A DNA stretch of 64,000 nt from Candidatus Levybacteria bacterium RIFCSPHIGHO2_01_FULL_37_17 (GCA_001782035.1 MFNL01000002.1:60865-124864), one strand, 5' to 3'; counted from the stretch's first letter, positions 9,605-20,126 are shown. Program-made: numbers and translations. The notes: generated by a model from the letters alone, not told the origin.

Positions 9605-11374
9605 TTATTTTTTAAACCAATCTTCTATCTGATTATACGACATCGTGTTTATAATGTCACTGCTCTTACCCCACCCGCGTCTTGCTACAAATACTCCATA
9701 CTTTTGTAAATCCATTTGACTTGCTGCATGACTGTCACTATCAATCACAAGTTTTACCCCTCGTTGAACCGCTCGTTTAACTAATGCGTCAGATAAGTCA
9801 AGTCTTTGTGGCTGGCTGTTTATTTCAAGTGCAATGTTTTTTTCCTTGCAAAAACTGAATATTTTCTCAAAGTCCAAATCATAACCGCTCCTATTATTTA
9901 ACAGCCTTCCAGTGGGATGACCAAGAATTTTGACTTTCTTATGCGATAATCCCTTTAGTACTCTTTCTGTCATTGCATCTCTAGTCATATTAAAAACGCT
10001 ATGAATCGAGACTATTACAGCATCAAGTAACTCTAATGACTTATCATCAACTGCTAAGTCACCATTAGGCAAAATGTCAATTTCGAGCATTTTAAATATT
10101 CGAACACCAATTTTATTAGATTTAAGTTGTTCGATATATTTATCTCTTTTAGTAAGTATTTTGAAGATTTGGTCATTGGTATGTTTTGAAATACTCGGAT
10201 TATGTTCCGAAAATCCCAGATATTCATATCCTAGTGACTTTGCTCTTTTTAACATATCCTCCATTGTGTCTTTCCCTAAATCGTGGCTTGGCTCAATAGG
10301 GAAATTTGAATGTATATGAAAGTCGCCTTTTATCTCATCAAGCTCTAAGAGCTTCGGAAGTTTGTTTGCAATTGAAAGTTCTATCTCCCCATTGTCCTCC
10401 CTCATTTCAGGTGGAATCCATTGCATTCCAAGCGCTTTATAAAATTCTTCCTCACTTGAATATTTTTGTAGTCTTTTATCTTTTGTTTTTAACTTCTTTA
10501 TTCCATACTCTGATAAGGATAAGCCCTTGCTTAGCGCATACTCACGTAAATGAACGTTGTGGTTTTTGCTGCCCGTAAAATGCTGCAAAAGTGAACCAAA
10601 AGCGTCTTTTGGCTGAATTAATAAGTCAATTTGCTTTCCGCCAGAGACCAAAATTGAGGAGGAAACATCACCTTTTTCTATTACTCGTTCTTTAAATGGA
10701 TAATTTACAAAATGATCAATTACTGCTTTAGGATTTGAGGTTGAGACCGCAAAATCTATGTCTCCAATAGTTGAAGTTCTTCTTCTAAGGCTTCCTAAGG
10801 CCTCAACTCTTTCAACGTTCTTTGTTTTAAGTAAATAGTTTTTAATCTTCTCCGCAATTTCAAAGGCATATGGCAACACCATTCTTGACGTCTTTCCCTT
10901 TCCAGCTCTAAATTCATCAATTGCTCTGAGTATATCTTTTTCACTCTTTTCGCCAAAGCCCTCAAGATGTGCTATTTTACCTCGTTTTGCAATTTTTTCG
11001 AGCTGGTCTATCACAGTTTTCTCGTTATTCAACTTAAATTCCATTACAAGCCTAAAAGCTTTTTTAGGTCCGAAGGTGGGAATATCGGTTAACACAAAAA
11101 CTGATTTAGGGATTCCATTTAAGACCCAATCAAAATGTTTAACTTTGCCCTTTTTAAACAGTTCTTCTAAGTGAGATTTAATAGTGGGACCCACTCCGGG
11201 TAAAAGTTCCAGTGAGTCTTCTTTAATGTATTCAGACAATTCACCGTTTAAATTAGCAATGGACTCAGACGCTTTTTGATACGCAATAATTTGGAATCTG
11301 AATTTTTTCTCGTTTTTTATGGTATAAGCAGTTGCAATATTTTGAAGAAGTTTTGCTACTTCTATGTTGCTCAT
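9605..11374 (-). CDS. polX: DNA polymerase X with PHP domain
   Basis: HhH motif PGVG, GSLRR, GDID, FTGSKNHN; PHP motifs HIHS, GHP, DSDSH. Confidence 0.92.
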   Translation of the reverse strand: MSNIEVAKLLQNIATAYTIKNEKKFRFQIIAYQKASESIANLNGELSEYIKEDSLELLPGVGPTIKSHLEELFKKGKVKHFDWVLNGIPKSVFVLTDIPTFGPKKAFRLVMEFKLNNEKTVIDQLEKIAKRGKIAHLEGFGEKSEKDILRAIDEFRAGKGKTSRMVLPYAFEIAEKIKNYLLKTKNVERVEALGSLRRRTSTIGDIDFAVSTSNPKAVIDHFVNYPFKERVIEKGDVSSSILVSGGKQIDLLIQPKDAFGSLLQHFTGSKNHNVHLREYALSKGLSLSEYGIKKLKTKDKRLQKYSSEEEFYKALGMQWIPPEMREDNGEIELSIANKLPKLLELDEIKGDFHIHSNFPIEPSHDLGKDTMEDMLKRAKSLGYEYLGFSEHNPSISKHTNDQIFKILTKRDKYIEQLKSNKIGVRIFKMLEIDILPNGDLAVDDKSLELLDAVIVSIHSVFNMTRDAMTERVLKGLSHKKVKILGHPTGRLLNNRSGYDLDFEKIFSFCKEKNIALEINSQPQRLDLSDALVKRAVQRGVKLVIDSDSHAASQMDLQKYGVFVARRGWGKSSDIINTMSYNQIEDWFKK

Positions 11375-11482
11375 ACAATCGAAATCTTATCACACAGATT
11401 GATAATTCGACAAGCTCATTATCAAGCTTAAGCCTGTAGGATGGATTGACGTAAGTTCAATTACTGATATAATAGACTCCAC

Positions 11483-11556
11483 GGGCTCGTAGTGAAGAGG
11501 CCTATCACGCCTCCCTGTCACGGAGGAGATCACCGGTTCGAATCCGGCCGAGCCCG
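11483..11556 (+). tRNA. tRNA-Asp(GTC)
   Basis: Cloverleaf GGGCTCG..CGAGCCC, anticodon loop CTGTCAC, TTCGAAT. Confidence 0.95.
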
Positions 11557-11595
11557 CAACTGCCCCATATCTTTCTGTCCGAAAGGAGGGAATAA

Positions 11596-12126
11596 ATGGC
11601 AAAATCAAATAACAACTTCTTATCGCAAATTAAGTGGGGAGAATCCTACACAAGTCTTATCTTAGGAGTAGTCGTAGTGCTTGTTGCCGTTGCTTTGCTT
11701 TTTTTAATTTTTAAAAACAGTACAAATCAAAAGAAAGAAACAGGTTCTGCTTCAACAAATGAAGAAAAAACTTATACCGTAAAAGAAGGAGATGATTTGT
11801 GGCACATATCAGAAGGATTATACGGCTCCGGATATAACTGGCAAGATTTAGCAAAAGCAAATAAAATCTCTAACCCAAACATAATAGTGCCTGGCACTAA
11901 ATTATCGGTTCCAAAAGTTGAAGTTAAAGAAAGAACCATTACAGAGGCAGTAAGAGATAATACAATTACCGGCAACTCCTATAGCGTGATTGAAGGAGAT
12001 AATCTTTGGAGCATATCTATCAGAGCTTATGGGGATGGATATAAATGGCCGGAGGTTGCAAAAGCTAATAACTTACAGAATCCTGATAGGATATATGTTG
12101 GGATAGTGCTAAAGCTTCCTAGGTAG
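11596..12126 (+). CDS. membrane-anchored protein with two LysM domains
   Basis: N-terminal TM, YTVKEGDDLWHIS and YSVIEGDNLWSIS; GGAGG Shine-Dalgarno. Confidence 0.9.
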   Translation: MAKSNNNFLSQIKWGESYTSLILGVVVVLVAVALLFLIFKNSTNQKKETGSASTNEEKTYTVKEGDDLWHISEGLYGSGYNWQDLAKANKISNPNIIVPGTKLSVPKVEVKERTITEAVRDNTITGNSYSVIEGDNLWSISIRAYGDGYKWPEVAKANNLQNPDRIYVGIVLKLPR

Positions 12127-12157
12127 AGTATTTTTTTGTATAATTGTTTTGTCACTA

Positions 12158-12228
12158 GCGGGATTGGTTCAGTGGCAGAATATTTCCTTCCCAAGGAAGA
12201 GACGCGAGTCCGATTCTCGTATCCCGCT
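12158..12228 (+). tRNA. tRNA-Gly(CCC)
   Basis: GCGGGAT..ATCCCGC acceptor, loop TTCCCAA; T-loop TCCGATT. Confidence 0.9.
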
Positions 12229-12283
12229 CAGAGTAATGGGAAACAATTGTTGACGATCGTTTTATCTTTTGATATAGTAAATT

Positions 12284-13951
12284 GTGCCCGGCAGAATTAG
12301 CACTAAATACATTTTTGTTTCAGGTGGCGTAATATCAGGGATAGGAAAAGGTACCACCGCGTCCTCTATCGCACTGCTTTTGAAATCCTCTGGTTACAAA
12401 GTTTCGCCCATAAAATTTGAAAACTATTTAAACGTTGACGCGGGAACTATTAACCCCATAGAACACGGTGACCCTTTTTTGTGCGAAGACGGAACCGAAG
12501 GAGATATGGATCTAGGTAGTTATGAGAAATATCTTGATGAAAACATGAGCGCCGATAACTTTGTAACAATGGGAAGAATATATAAAACTGTAATAGATAA
12601 AGAAAGAAGATTTGAGTATAACGGCGAGGATGTTGAGGCTATTCCAAATATAACAGATGAGATTTTAAGAAGGTTAAGTGTCTTAGAACAAAAAGATAAA
12701 CCCGATATTATAATCATAGAGCTTGGAGGAACAGCAGGCGAATATCAAAACGTACTTTTCTATGAAGCCTCTAGAATGCTAACGCTTAAAAAGCCCAAAG
12801 ATGTTATACATATTCATGTAAGTTATGTTCCTACTCCGGGGCATCTTGGAGAGCCTAAAACTAAGCCCACCCAGTTGTCCGTTAGAACCCTAAACACAAT
12901 GGGTATACAGCCCGATTTCCTTGTTACAAGGGGAGAGAAGTATTTAGATCAACGAAGAAAGGATAGGCTCGCTTTATTTTGCAATATGCACAAAGAAGAT
13001 GTTATATCCAGTCCCGATCTTGATTCTGTTTATGAGATTCCATTTGTTCTGCATTTGCAGAATTTGGATATTCGAATACAAAAAAGATTAGGACTTATAG
13101 TAAGACAACCAAAGTTAAAATTATGGAAAGAGTTTGTTAAGAGTACGAAAAAATTCAGTAAAAATATAAAAATTGCCATTGTAGGAAAGTATTTTGCTGC
13201 TGGTGATTATCAGCTAAAAGACTCGTACGCAGCGTTATTTGATGCAATTGATCATGCTAGCTATAAGCTTGGTGTAAAACCTGAAACCGAATGGATAGAC
13301 GCAGAAAGAATAGAGAAACATGGAACCAAGGCTGTATTTAACGAGATTGGAACAATAAATGGAATTATAGTTCCCATCGGCTGGGGAGAGCGAGGTGCGG
13401 AAGGCATGATTAGTACCGCTGGTTATGCACGGGATAATAAAATTCCCTACCTTGGCCTTTGTTACGGAATGCAACTTGCATCAATTTCCTTTGCGAGAGA
13501 TATCTTAGGTATAAAAGATGCAAACTCCCAAGAAAATAGTAAAACAAAAAATCCAATCATCTGTTTTATCCCAACCCAGCAAGATATTATAAGAAAAAAG
13601 GAGTACGGAGGGACTATGAGGCTTGGGGGCTGGAATGCTATTGTTAAAAAAGGGACTGTAGCCTACGAAATCTATGACAAATATAATGGTTTTATAAATA
13701 AATCTAAAGGTTTAACCAGCGAAAGACATAGACACAGATATGAGTTTAATAATAAGTATGCTAAAGATTTTGAAAGAAACGGTATGGTGATTTCGGCAAG
13801 AAGTGTGAAAGAAAACTTAGTTGAAATAATTGAGCTTCCTAAAAAAACACACCCTTTTTATCTCGGTACTCAAGGGCATCCTGAATATAAAAGCAGACCC
13901 TTAAAACCACATCCGATTTTTCTTGAATTTATAGCTGCGTGTTCTTCTTGA
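12284..13951 (+). CDS. pyrG: CTP synthase
   Basis: GGVISGIGKG, KTKPTQ, GLCYGMQ, ERHRHRYE, QGHPE. Confidence 0.97.
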   Translation: MPGRISTKYIFVSGGVISGIGKGTTASSIALLLKSSGYKVSPIKFENYLNVDAGTINPIEHGDPFLCEDGTEGDMDLGSYEKYLDENMSADNFVTMGRIYKTVIDKERRFEYNGEDVEAIPNITDEILRRLSVLEQKDKPDIIIIELGGTAGEYQNVLFYEASRMLTLKKPKDVIHIHVSYVPTPGHLGEPKTKPTQLSVRTLNTMGIQPDFLVTRGEKYLDQRRKDRLALFCNMHKEDVISSPDLDSVYEIPFVLHLQNLDIRIQKRLGLIVRQPKLKLWKEFVKSTKKFSKNIKIAIVGKYFAAGDYQLKDSYAALFDAIDHASYKLGVKPETEWIDAERIEKHGTKAVFNEIGTINGIIVPIGWGERGAEGMISTAGYARDNKIPYLGLCYGMQLASISFARDILGIKDANSQENSKTKNPIICFIPTQQDIIRKKEYGGTMRLGGWNAIVKKGTVAYEIYDKYNGFINKSKGLTSERHRHRYEFNNKYAKDFERNGMVISARSVKENLVEIIELPKKTHPFYLGTQGHPEYKSRPLKPHPIFLEFIAACSS

Positions 13952-13982
13952 GCTTATTTTGTAACTATTGTATAATTAGCGC

Positions 13983-14267
13983 ATGAATAGAGAGCTAAAT
14001 TTTAAAGTGGGGGACATAATTAAAGTTCACCAGAGAATTTCCGAAGGGGATAAAACAAGAATTCAGATTTTTGAAGGCGCTGTTTTATCAATTCGCGGAA
14101 GAGGCGAAAACAAAATGTTTACCGTTAGAAAATTGGTTGGAGACATTGCAGTCGAGCGAATATTTCCTCTTAATTCTCCAAATATTGAAAAGATTTTAAT
14201 TAAAGGACAGATTAAGCAAAAAGTTACAAGATCAAAATTATACTTTTTAAGGCATTCCCTGCAATAG
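13983..14267 (+). CDS. rplS: 50S ribosomal protein L19
   Basis: RIQIFEG, FTVRK, VERIFPL, RSKLYFLR. Confidence 0.95.
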   Translation: MNRELNFKVGDIIKVHQRISEGDKTRIQIFEGAVLSIRGRGENKMFTVRKLVGDIAVERIFPLNSPNIEKILIKGQIKQKVTRSKLYFLRHSLQ

Positions 14268-14627
14268 ATGTATATTCCCAATCCAACTGCCAGGCTTGGA
14301 GAAAAATTGGCTGCTGAATACCTCGAGAAACAAGGGTATAAAATAATTGAGAGAAATTTCCGCAAAGGTTGGGGAGAAATAGATATTATCGCGCTTGATG
14401 ACAAAACCCTTGTTTTTGTAGAGGTAAAAACTAAAACTTCTAATAAATTTGGTACGCCATTTGAAGCAATGACTCCTTTCAAAATAAAAGCCCTAGAAAG
14501 AACTGCAATGTTTTATAAAAAACTTCATCCTGAGCTGCCGGAAGCACTACGAATAGATGCGGTAGGCGTTGTATTAAGTAAAGACAAAAATGCTAAAATA
14601 GATTTAATCAAAAACATTTATGGATAA
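14268..14627 (+). CDS. yraN: YraN family PD-(D/E)XK nuclease
   Basis: GEKLAAEYL, GEIDII, VFVEVK. Confidence 0.9.
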   Translation: MYIPNPTARLGEKLAAEYLEKQGYKIIERNFRKGWGEIDIIALDDKTLVFVEVKTKTSNKFGTPFEAMTPFKIKALERTAMFYKKLHPELPEALRIDAVGVVLSKDKNAKIDLIKNIYG

Positions 14628-14629
14628 CT

Positions 14630-14863
14630 ATGATTAAAATTGGTGGGGTGTATAAACATTTTAAAGGACATATTGTTAAGGTAATTGCCTTGGGAAGACA
14701 TTCTGAAACTCGCGAGTGGTATGTGGTATATGAAAAGACTGATGATGGCGATGGATACAAAAAGGGTGACGTTTGGATAAGAACAAAAGAAATGTTTTTG
14801 GAAATTGTCGAACGTGATGGCAAAAAGTTTCCTCGTTTTGAGCTTATTTCTTCAGAAACTTGA
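14630..14863 (+). CDS. DUF1653 family protein
   Basis: YKHFKG, HSET, WIR..EMF, PRFE. Confidence 0.85.
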   Translation: MIKIGGVYKHFKGHIVKVIALGRHSETREWYVVYEKTDDGDGYKKGDVWIRTKEMFLEIVERDGKKFPRFELISSET

Positions 14864-16832
14864 TTTGATCGCGCAAGATTGCTGCGGTTTCAAAGTCCAA
14901 CTCTTTTGCAGCGTTTCGCATCTCAATAGATAATCTTTTTATTAACTTTTCTTTTTCATCGGGAAGCAATACTTCTTTCTTTTGCAAAGTTAAAAGGTAA
15001 TTTGCTTGTTTTTCATCATCTATTGTTTCTTCAACCAATTTTGCCCTTATTGCTTTTTCAATAGATTTAGGGGTAATTTTATGCTTTTTATTATATTCAA
15101 GCTGGATATCTCTTCTTCTACCAACTTCTTTGATAGCCTCGCGCATAGAACCAGTAATTTCATCTGCATACATAATTACTAGGCTGTCTACGTTTCTTGC
15201 TGCTCTCCCCATTGTTTGGATTAAAGAAGTCTTACTTCTCAAAAAACCTTCTTTATCCGCGTCCAAGATTGCAACCAAAGCGACTTCCGGAAGATCCAAG
15301 CCTTCTCTTAGCAGGTTAATTCCGACTAGCACATCATATTCACCACCTCTTAGTCTGTCTAAAACATCTTGCCGTTGTAGGGTCTCAATATCTGCATGGA
15401 GATAGGATACCTTAATATCTCTTTCCTGAAGGTATGATGAAAGATCTTCAGCCATCCTTTTAGTTAGAGTTGTAACTAAAACTCGCTGTTTACTGGATAT
15501 TCTTTTCTCAATCTCCTTAATTAAGTCTTCAATCTGTCCTTTTGTTTTTTTTACGACTACTTCTGGATCTACAAGTCCCGTCGGCCTAATTAACTGTTCA
15601 GTGACATCACCACTTCCTTTAGCTAAGGAGATTTCGTAGTCATTTGGAGTAGCGCTTACATAAACTGCTTCATTTATTCTTCTTGCAAATTCCTCATACC
15701 TTAAAGGCCTGTTGTCTAATGCAGAAGGCAGCCTGAATCCGTAATCGATTAAAGTTTCTTTTCTTGCCCTATCTCCGTTGTACATTCCTCTAAGCTGGGG
15801 AAGTGTCATGTGCGATTCATCAATTATGGTAAGAAAGTCATCACTACATGCACTCATATAATCAAGTAGCGTAAATGGTGGCTCTCCCGGTTTTCTTCCA
15901 TCAAAATATCTTGAGTAATTTTCGATTCCATTTACGTAACCAAGCTCCTGTATCATGTCTAAGTCAAAATTAGTTCGTTGCTCAATTCTTTGTGCTTCCA
16001 AAAGCTTTTCTTTGCTTCTGAAAAACTTAACTCTTTCCTGCATCTCGGCTCGAATCTTAGGAAAAACATCTCTATAAACACTGGGGTCAGTCATATAATG
16101 TTTTGCGGGGTAAATTACATATTTTTCAAGCTTTCGGATAATGTCACCAGTTAAGGGGCTAAACTCATATAATTTTTTAAGAATCGAATTTTTCATCTCA
16201 ATTCGCAATGCTTGATCCGAGTATGCCGGAAACAGATCTATATCTTCTCCTCTTACCCTAAAAGTTCCTCTTTTAAAACCGTAGTCATTTCTTTCATATT
16301 GAAGGTCAGTTAGCTTCGATAAAACATCATTTTGGTCAATCATTGTACCAGCAGATAAATCCATTACAAATTTTCCATATTCTGTAGGGGATCCAAGATT
16401 ATATATGCATGAGACAGATGCAACAACTATTACGTCTTTACGTGTAAGTAAATTTGCAGTCGCGGAAAGTCTTAACTTATCTATTTCCTCATTAATTTCT
16501 ACCTCTTTTTCAATATAGGTATCGCTCTGTGGAACATATGCTTCGGGCTGATAAAAATCATAGTATGAGACAAAATAGGAGACAGCATTATCTGGAAAAA
16601 AATCCCTAAATTCTTGATATAGCTGTCCTGCAAGTGTTTTATTATGAGAAACAACAAGCGTTGGCCTTTGAATGTTTTGAATAACATTAGCCATGGTAAA
16701 AGTTTTACCGCTTCCTGTAACACCTAAGAGTACTTGATGTTTAGCGCTTTTTTGAAGCCCGTGAGAGATTTTTTTAATGGCATCTGGTTGATCTCCCGTT
16801 GGCTTAAAGCCGGATTTTAATTTAAATTCCAT
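14844..16832 (-). CDS. uvrB: excinuclease ABC subunit B
   Basis: GVTGSGKT, DESH, QTMGRAAR, C-terminal UVR domain; start moved to MEFKL. Confidence 0.97.
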   Translation of the reverse strand: MEFKLKSGFKPTGDQPDAIKKISHGLQKSAKHQVLLGVTGSGKTFTMANVIQNIQRPTLVVSHNKTLAGQLYQEFRDFFPDNAVSYFVSYYDFYQPEAYVPQSDTYIEKEVEINEEIDKLRLSATANLLTRKDVIVVASVSCIYNLGSPTEYGKFVMDLSAGTMIDQNDVLSKLTDLQYERNDYGFKRGTFRVRGEDIDLFPAYSDQALRIEMKNSILKKLYEFSPLTGDIIRKLEKYVIYPAKHYMTDPSVYRDVFPKIRAEMQERVKFFRSKEKLLEAQRIEQRTNFDLDMIQELGYVNGIENYSRYFDGRKPGEPPFTLLDYMSACSDDFLTIIDESHMTLPQLRGMYNGDRARKETLIDYGFRLPSALDNRPLRYEEFARRINEAVYVSATPNDYEISLAKGSGDVTEQLIRPTGLVDPEVVVKKTKGQIEDLIKEIEKRISSKQRVLVTTLTKRMAEDLSSYLQERDIKVSYLHADIETLQRQDVLDRLRGGEYDVLVGINLLREGLDLPEVALVAILDADKEGFLRSKTSLIQTMGRAARNVDSLVIMYADEITGSMREAIKEVGRRRDIQLEYNKKHKITPKSIEKAIRAKLVEETIDDEKQANYLLTLQKKEVLLPDEKEKLIKRLSIEMRNAAKELDFETAAILRDQIKFLKK

Positions 16833-16873
16833 AAAACACTTTATTTTAACACAGTTTGACTGTATTTGACTTC

Positions 16874-16903
16874 TTGACAAAGTTCTACTTTTTTTCGTAT
16901 ATT
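16874..16903 (+). promoter_or_regulatory. lexA promoter with candidate LexA operator
   Basis: TTGACA-18-TATATT; spacer contains GTTC-N7-TTTC, shared with the dinB promoter. Confidence 0.55.
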
Positions 16904-16911
16904 TTATTCAT

Positions 16912-17541
16912 ATGCCAGGAGTCCTATACAGAAAAGAAAGAGAAGTATTAGAGTTTCTTGCCCAATTCCAGAGGCAATATGGATATTCACCTACGCTGTC
17001 TGAAATTGCCCAAGGAACAGGACACAGAAGCAATTCTACTGTACATACTTTGATACGCTCCTTGGTTGAGAAGGGATACGTACAAAAAGTAGATGGAAAT
17101 ACCAGGGTTTTAAAGATAGTTGATGAGAAAGTTCAATTTTCCCTATTAGGAAGCAAGCCAGCAATAGAGCTTCCACTAATGGGTTTTATTGCAGCCGGTG
17201 CGCCTCTTGAGCCCTACACAGATCCCAATGCTACATTTTATGTATCAGCATCGCTTCTTTCAGGCAAAAATACCGCGTATGTTTTACAAGTCAAGGGAAG
17301 ATCCATGATTGAAGAAGGTATTTTGGAAGGTGATTTTGTTGTAATAGAAAAAGTCAGTGAAGCTATTAACGGAGATATAGTTGTTGCAATAGTAGATGAT
17401 AATCTGGCTACTCTCAAAAAATTTTACAAAGAGGATGGTAGAGTAGTCCTGCGACCGGCAAACTCTGAAATGGCTCCAATTTATCCTACAAAATTAACCA
17501 TTCAAGGGAAGGTTGTAGGCCTAGTACGTAGATTCGATTAA
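16912..17541 (+). CDS. lexA: SOS repressor LexA
   Basis: N-terminal wHTH, AAG cleavage site, GRSM serine, TLKK lysine. Confidence 0.93.
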   Translation: MPGVLYRKEREVLEFLAQFQRQYGYSPTLSEIAQGTGHRSNSTVHTLIRSLVEKGYVQKVDGNTRVLKIVDEKVQFSLLGSKPAIELPLMGFIAAGAPLEPYTDPNATFYVSASLLSGKNTAYVLQVKGRSMIEEGILEGDFVVIEKVSEAINGDIVVAIVDDNLATLKKFYKEDGRVVLRPANSEMAPIYPTKLTIQGKVVGLVRRFD

Positions 17542-18173
17542 CTCCTAAGTTTAATAATCTTTAGCTTGTGATTGATGTACCAAATTCCCCCGAGAACTAA
17601 AACAACGGCGATTACTATTTCAAATTTCCTAAAATAGGGTTCTAAAACGTGCCATTCTTTGCCAAAAGTAACACCCACATAGGTTAAAAAAGCGGACCAT
17701 ATAAACGATCCTAAAAATGTTAGAATAGAAAATTTCCAAATGTTCATTTCCGCTAGTCCCGCAGGAAGAGAAATGAATGTACGGATTGCGGGAATAATTC
17801 TTGAGAAAAACGCAACAAAATCCCCATACTTATTAAGCCACTTTACGCTGCGCAAATATTCGTGCTCTGTTATAAGAAAAAACTTTCCGTATTTCTTAAC
17901 TAGCTTTAGAATAACGTGTTCTTCTAAATAGAACCCAATTCCATAAGCAATTAATGAGCCGACCAAATTTGCAAAAGCACCTACTAAAACCACTAGCCAG
18001 AAATCGAGCTTTCCTTGACTAACCAAAAATCCTGCGAATGGCATTGTAACTTCGGATGGAATAGGTATTAGCGCTGACTCAAGTGTCATTAAAATAAAAA
18101 TTCCCAAGTAGCCTGTGGTTTCAATTGTCTGTATAATAGTGGCTGTTAGTGTATGAAGGATGGTTTCAATCAT
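17538..18173 (-). CDS. DedA family membrane protein
   Basis: ESALIPIPSE, RIIPAIRTFISLPAG. Confidence 0.9.
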   Translation of the reverse strand: MIETILHTLTATIIQTIETTGYLGIFILMTLESALIPIPSEVTMPFAGFLVSQGKLDFWLVVLVGAFANLVGSLIAYGIGFYLEEHVILKLVKKYGKFFLITEHEYLRSVKWLNKYGDFVAFFSRIIPAIRTFISLPAGLAEMNIWKFSILTFLGSFIWSAFLTYVGVTFGKEWHVLEPYFRKFEIVIAVVLVLGGIWYINHKLKIIKLRS

Positions 18174-18179
18174 AATAAA

Positions 18180-18878
18180 GTGGGCACGTTATTTATTGTA
18201 GCAACACCTATCGGAAATTTACAAGATATAACATTTAGGGCTTTAAAAACTCTTGAGAGTGTCGACTTTATTGCAGCCGAAGACACTAGGATAACTTCAA
18301 TTTTACTTAAGAAATACTTTCCTGAAAACTATAAGCAAATGAATTTAAAGTTATTCCCGTTTTTTGAAAAAAACGAACAGCTTAAGGCAGAACAAATATT
18401 AAATATACTAAAAAACGGTAAAAACGTTGCTTTGGTATCTGACGCAGGAACACCAACTGTTTCGGATCCAGGGTTTAAGCTAGTTAGGGAATGTAAGGCC
18501 CAAGGGATTGATGTAGTTTCAATCCCTGGCCCAACAGGCGTGATATCAGCCTTAGTCTCGAGCGGTTTGCCAACTGATAAGTTTACATTTTTGGGTTTCC
18601 CCCCTTTAAAACCCGGGCATAGGCTCGAATTGTTCAAAAAGGTACAAGAAAGCCATAAATATGTAGAGGCGACGATCATTTTCTATGAATCGCCGCATAA
18701 GATTTTAAAAACGTTGCAGGATCTGAAAAGTGTTTTTGGAAATATTCAAATTGTCGTAGCAAGAGAACTAACAAAGATACATGAAAAGGTAGAAAGGGGT
18801 AGTATTCAGCAATTTATAGATTCTTATTCTAAAAAGGGCGTAAGAGGGGAATTAACTGTGCTTTTTAGCCTAAAGTGA
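18180..18878 (+). CDS. rsmI: 16S rRNA C1402 2'-O-methyltransferase
   Basis: ATPIGNL, EDTR, SDAGTP.SDPG, RELTK; probable GTG start. Confidence 0.93.
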   Translation: MGTLFIVATPIGNLQDITFRALKTLESVDFIAAEDTRITSILLKKYFPENYKQMNLKLFPFFEKNEQLKAEQILNILKNGKNVALVSDAGTPTVSDPGFKLVRECKAQGIDVVSIPGPTGVISALVSSGLPTDKFTFLGFPPLKPGHRLELFKKVQESHKYVEATIIFYESPHKILKTLQDLKSVFGNIQIVVARELTKIHEKVERGSIQQFIDSYSKKGVRGELTVLFSLK

Positions 18879-20126
18879 AGCGAGTTGAGATTCAATTGAC
18901 AAGAGCCTATTATACTTAGAAACTCTTTCTCCCCGCACAGGAGCCCCAAATTTTACATAGTCAGCTCCTACGGCAACGGCAAAATCAGCTATAAAATCAT
19001 CTGTTGTTTCTCCGCTTCGGTGTGATACTGCAATTTTTAATCCAGCTTGTTTTGCCATTTCCGCAACCGCAATAGATTCAATTACAGTCCCTATTTGATT
19101 TGGCTTTACAATAATTCCCCCAACTGCGCTCTTTTGCAGCGCTTCCTGAAGCCTAAAAGGGTTGGAGGATATTAAATCATCTCCGACAATCAACGTAACC
19201 TTGGATAGCGTAGTATATAACTCTTGCCAACCATTCCAATCGTCCTCTGCCATACCATCTTCCAAATACAAAAGATGATATTGAGAGTTAAGCATTGTAT
19301 AAAAATCTATCAACTCCCTTGAGGTAAGTCCAGTTGCTTTATCTTTAATGCGGTAATTTCCTTCGTTATAAAAATCATTTGAAGCTGGGTCAAGGCCAAT
19401 AAAAATATCAAATCCAAGCCTTAAATTGATAGCTTCGATTGCCTGCTTAATTAAAAGAAGTCCGTCTTGATTTGAACCAAGCTTTGGTGAAAATCCTCCC
19501 TCAAGACCAGTTAGGGTAGATAAATTATTTGTTTGCAAAACTTTTTTAAGCGAGGTGTAAACATTTGTTCCTAACATTAAATCTTCGGAATATGTTTTAG
19601 AAGATGCTGGTATAACTAAAAATTCCTGGAAATCTATGTTTCCGTCGCCATGTTTTCCGCCGTTTAAGATATTGAAAGATGGGGTAGGGATTCTTAAAGA
19701 AGCTTCTTTTTTTGTAAACTCTCTTAAATAAAGAAACGTTGGGAGGACAGCGCTTTTAGCAGCCGCTTTTGCAACGGCGATTGATACTGCAAGAATTGCA
19801 TTTGCTCCCAGTCTTTGTTTATTTGGAGTACCATCAAGCTCAATCATTTTCTTGTCCACTGCGGAAATATTACTTGCTTCCATTCCAGAAATCGCTGGAA
19901 ATAATTGTTTTGTTATATTATTTACTGCAGTAAGAACTCCTAAACCGTTATACCTTTTCTCATCATTATCTCGTAGTTCTAGCGCTTCGTATTTTCCTAT
20001 GGATGTACCACTTGGTACAGAAGAAATTCCAATTGCTCCATCTGAAAGTATCACAGTTGCTTCAATAGTAGGTTCTCCTTTTGAATTTAAAATTTCTCTA
20101 GCCGAAATATTTTTAATTTTGGCCAT
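18870..20126 (-). CDS. eno: enolase
   Basis: VPSG.S.G..EA, QEF, VGDD, KPNQIG, SHRSGET. Confidence 0.93.
   Translation of the reverse strand: MAKIKNISAREILNSKGEPTIEATVILSDGAIGISSVPSGTSIGKYEALELRDNDEKRYNGLGVLTAVNNITKQLFPAISGMEASNISAVDKKMIELDGTPNKQRLGANAILAVSIAVAKAAAKSAVLPTFLYLREFTKKEASLRIPTPSFNILNGGKHGDGNIDFQEFLVIPASSKTYSEDLMLGTNVYTSLKKVLQTNNLSTLTGLEGGFSPKLGSNQDGLLLIKQAIEAINLRLGFDIFIGLDPASNDFYNEGNYRIKDKATGLTSRELIDFYTMLNSQYHLLYLEDGMAEDDWNGWQELYTTLSKVTLIVGDDLISSNPFRLQEALQKSAVGGIIVKPNQIGTVIESIAVAEMAKQAGLKIAVSHRSGETTDDFIADFAVAVGADYVKFGAPVRGERVSKYNRLLSIESQLASL

Noticed and set aside
18870-20126. Enolase as a pseudo-enzyme (GLEGG for GDEGG, NSKGEPT for DSRGNPT)
   Set aside because: Catalytic Glu and Lys, the metal ligands and SHRSGET are retained.
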